A stretch of DNA of 18,112 nucleotides from a virus: the UHGV virus genome UHGV-0337628. One strand, 5' to 3'. The notes under the pieces were generated by a model. It did not search any database and was not told the DNA's origin. It saw only the letters and a program-made list of their open reading frames with translations. Positions 16,551-18,112 of the stretch are shown piece after piece (position 1 is the first letter of the stretch; every line of letters begins with the position of its first letter). A program made the position numbers and the translations under genes.

Positions 16551-17272
16551 TAAGCAGCCTCCCCTGTTACTTTCAGCATTCCGTTATCGAGCAGCTTTCT
16601 GGTCAGCCACTGTTGACCACGCCCGGTGATTTTTGTGGTGAACGATATCTGTATTCCGTGATTTGTGTTGACCGCTGTTTCTTTCACTGTGAAATAGCCG
16701 CGATCCATATATTCCTGCATTGGCACATTTCGCCGGGAACCTGAAGCAATAAGGATTTTGTGATCGCGCATCCATGCAAACAGTTTGTTTGGACCAATAC
16801 CGACAACCTTTGCAAAGTTTCCAATCAAAATTCCGCTGGCCTCGCCAACGCGATCGGCAAACTCAACTTTAGGTGCGGCAATTGCGAGCTGGTTTTCCAG
16901 TTGCATTTTCTGCTCAGCAAGATCAGCAGCAAGGCGCAACGCTTCTGGTAGCGTTTTGGGGATATTAACCGCAGCTTCTTCAAGCTCTCGCCAACGGTCA
17001 ACAAGACGAGCGGTGAATTCCGGCGACAACTGAGCGACGACAATAATGCTGTCTCGCTTACCTTGTTCGCCCTCAAAAACGTAAGCCTCTACGCCACGAA
17101 GTAATCCTAAGTTATTGATTTTTTCGAAAACCACCATTGGGGGATTTCGGATCACACCTCGAGCCGCCATTCGTTCAATAGATTGTTTCACCTTGTCATG
17201 ACGACTTCCCACCAACTCAGAGATTTCAATGCTTGTCATTTTGATGGCATTGCCATTTATTAACTCATTCAT
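16550..17272 (-). CDS. phage antirepressor / regulatory protein (Rha-like N-terminal region, KilA-C/ANT-type C-terminal domain)
   Basis: 240 aa; N-terminus ...MTSIEISELVGSRHDKVKQSIERM... is Rha-like; C-terminal half resembles antirepressor KilA-C domains; GGAAGAAG upstream of the ATG at 17272. Confidence 0.6.
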   Translation of the reverse strand: MNELINGNAIKMTSIEISELVGSRHDKVKQSIERMAARGVIRNPPMVVFEKINNLGLLRGVEAYVFEGEQGKRDSIIVVAQLSPEFTARLVDRWRELEEAAVNIPKTLPEALRLAADLAEQKMQLENQLAIAAPKVEFADRVGEASGILIGNFAKVVGIGPNKLFAWMRDHKILIASGSRRNVPMQEYMDRGYFTVKETAVNTNHGIQISFTTKITGRGQQWLTRKLLDNGMLKVTGEAA

Positions 17273-17435
17273 CGTCTTCTTCCTCGTGCATCGAGCTATT
17301 CGGATCGCTCATCAGTTCTGCGCAGCAGTGCTCACACACGTGAACTTCCAGCACATGCAGCTTCTGACCGCAGTTAGCGCACGTTAAAGCTCGCTCGACA
17401 CTTCCTTGTTCGTAACTTCGATTTTGGTCAATCAC
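17265..17435 (-). CDS. ninF: NinF-like protein (56 aa, GTG start)
   Basis: Hand translation of the minus strand gives [56 protein letters not shown], matching lambda NinF (...[46 protein letters not shown]) as I recall it. No in-frame ATG; GTG at 17435 with AGGAAAA upstream. Below the track's 60-aa cut-off. Confidence 0.7.
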   Translation of the reverse strand: MIDQNRSYEQGSVERALTCANCGQKLHVLEVHVCEHCCAELMSDPNSSMHEEEDDE

Positions 17436-17614
17436 CTTGTTTTCCTCGCACGTTCTCTAAGCCACCGGATATCCCATAGGTGAGCCGTGTAGTTGAAGGT
17501 TTTTACGTCAGATTCTTTTGGAATTGGCTTGCGTTTATTTCTGGAGCGCTTCGTTGGAAGGTATTTGCAGTTTTCGCAGATTATGTCGGTGATACTTCGT
17601 CGCTGTCTCGCCAC
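17432..17614 (-). CDS. ninE: NinE-like protein (60 aa, GTG start)
   Basis: Track ORF whose start codon is GTG (plus 17612-17614 is CAC), preceded by AGGAGG 4 nt upstream; basic product with a CENC motif; position immediately upstream of NinF as in lambda. Identity to lambda NinE rests on order and size, not on remembered sequence. Confidence 0.55.
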   Translation of the reverse strand: MARQRRSITDIICENCKYLPTKRSRNKRKPIPKESDVKTFNYTAHLWDIRWLRERARKTR

Positions 17615-17754
17615 ACGTCCTCCTTTTCCTGCGGTAGTGGTAACACCCCTGTTGGTGTTCTTTCACATCGGAGACACCATCGATTCCAGTAAGGTTGATT
17701 TGGTCGGAAGCGGTTATCTTCTTTGCATTCACCGCACCGATAACATCGCATCAT
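17581..17754 (-). CDS. small zinc-ribbon protein, 57 aa (NinD position)
   Basis: Hand translation: [57 protein letters not shown], with a CxxC...CxxC pattern; ATG overlaps the stop of the upstream gene (ATGA) and GGGAGGGA lies 8 nt upstream; 57 aa as for lambda NinD. Overlaps the NinE start by 34 nt; below the track cut-off. Confidence 0.5.
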   Translation of the reverse strand: MMRCYRCGECKEDNRFRPNQPYWNRWCLRCERTPTGVLPLPQEKEDVWRDSDEVSPT

Positions 17755-18112
17755 GCAGCTTCCCTCCCGAAGTCGAAATCAAGCTGCCCTCCAAATATTT
17801 CGCATGACTCAGAACAAGAGCCGGTATCGAATCTTTTAGCTCGTACCATGTCCTGATACAGGGCTTGATAATCATTTTCTGAATACATTTTCGCGATACC
17901 GTCCAGCGACATTCTTCCTCGGTACATAATCTCCTTTGGCGTTTCCCGATGTCCGTCACGCACATGGGATCCCGTGATGACCTCATTAAAAACACGCTGC
18001 AATCCCTCCTCATCTTTGCAGGCAAGTCCGATTTTTTGCGTTGATTTTTTAATGCAGAATATGCAGTTACCGAGATGTTCCGGTATTTGCAAATCGAATG
18101 GTTGTTGCTTCC
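17751..18112 (-). CDS. hypothetical nin-region protein; partial, N-terminus lies beyond the window end
   Basis: The frame stays open from the stop at 17751 to at least codon 18108-18110 (...[22 protein letters not shown]...[12 protein letters not shown]). The track's start at 18092 is a TTG. Family not recognised. Confidence 0.5.
   Translation of the reverse strand, partial: KQQPFDLQIPEHLGNCIFCIKKSTQKIGLACKDEEGLQRVFNEVITGSHVRDGHRETPKEIMYRGRMSLDGIAKMYSENDYQALYQDMVRAKRFDTGSCSESCEIFGGQLDFDFGREAA

Noticed and set aside
17535-17732. 65-aa minus-strand ORF from the track
   Set aside because: Overlaps the NinE-like ORF by ~80 nt in a different frame; the alternative 57-aa zinc-ribbon frame has an ATGA-coupled start and a strong Shine-Dalgarno and is the better gene model.
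17729-18025. 98-aa minus-strand ORF from the track
   Set aside because: Alternative frame of the partial upstream gene; Cys/Arg-rich product; the other frame is open to the window edge and reads as a natural protein.
1-18112. CRISPR arrays, integrase, transposase or insertion-sequence ends
   Set aside because: No regularly spaced direct repeats, no terminal inverted repeats and no recombinase-like ORF seen; the window is gene-dense phage late and nin region throughout.

Overview
This window is the late region of an enterobacterial P22-like (Sf6/HK620-type) podovirus prophage, with almost every gene on the minus strand. Read in the direction of transcription (high to low coordinates) it runs: a nin-region tail (partial upstream gene, NinD-, NinE- and NinF-like small ORFs, a Rha/KilA-C antirepressor, YbcO-like protein, RusA resolvase, NinH); a P22 gene-23-type Q antiterminator; a candidate late promoter and terminator; a lambda-type late leader with S holin, R endolysin and Rz/Rz1; an accessory region with small unknown ORFs; then terminase small and large subunits, portal, scaffold, coat, a small post-coat ORF, gp4-like, gp10-like, tail needle, gp14-like, gp7-like and a partial gp20-like ejection protein. 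The only convincing plus-strand coding is a two-gene cassette (DUF2158/YodC-like plus a 79-aa unknown) sitting antisense between the lysis and packaging modules; together with two small late-strand unknown ORFs this accessory region (about 11745..13357) is the best candidate for an undescribed function. No tRNA, rRNA, CRISPR array, integrase or transposase was seen. All family assignments are from reading the translations and from memory of lambda, P22 and Sf6 proteins; no database search was run.
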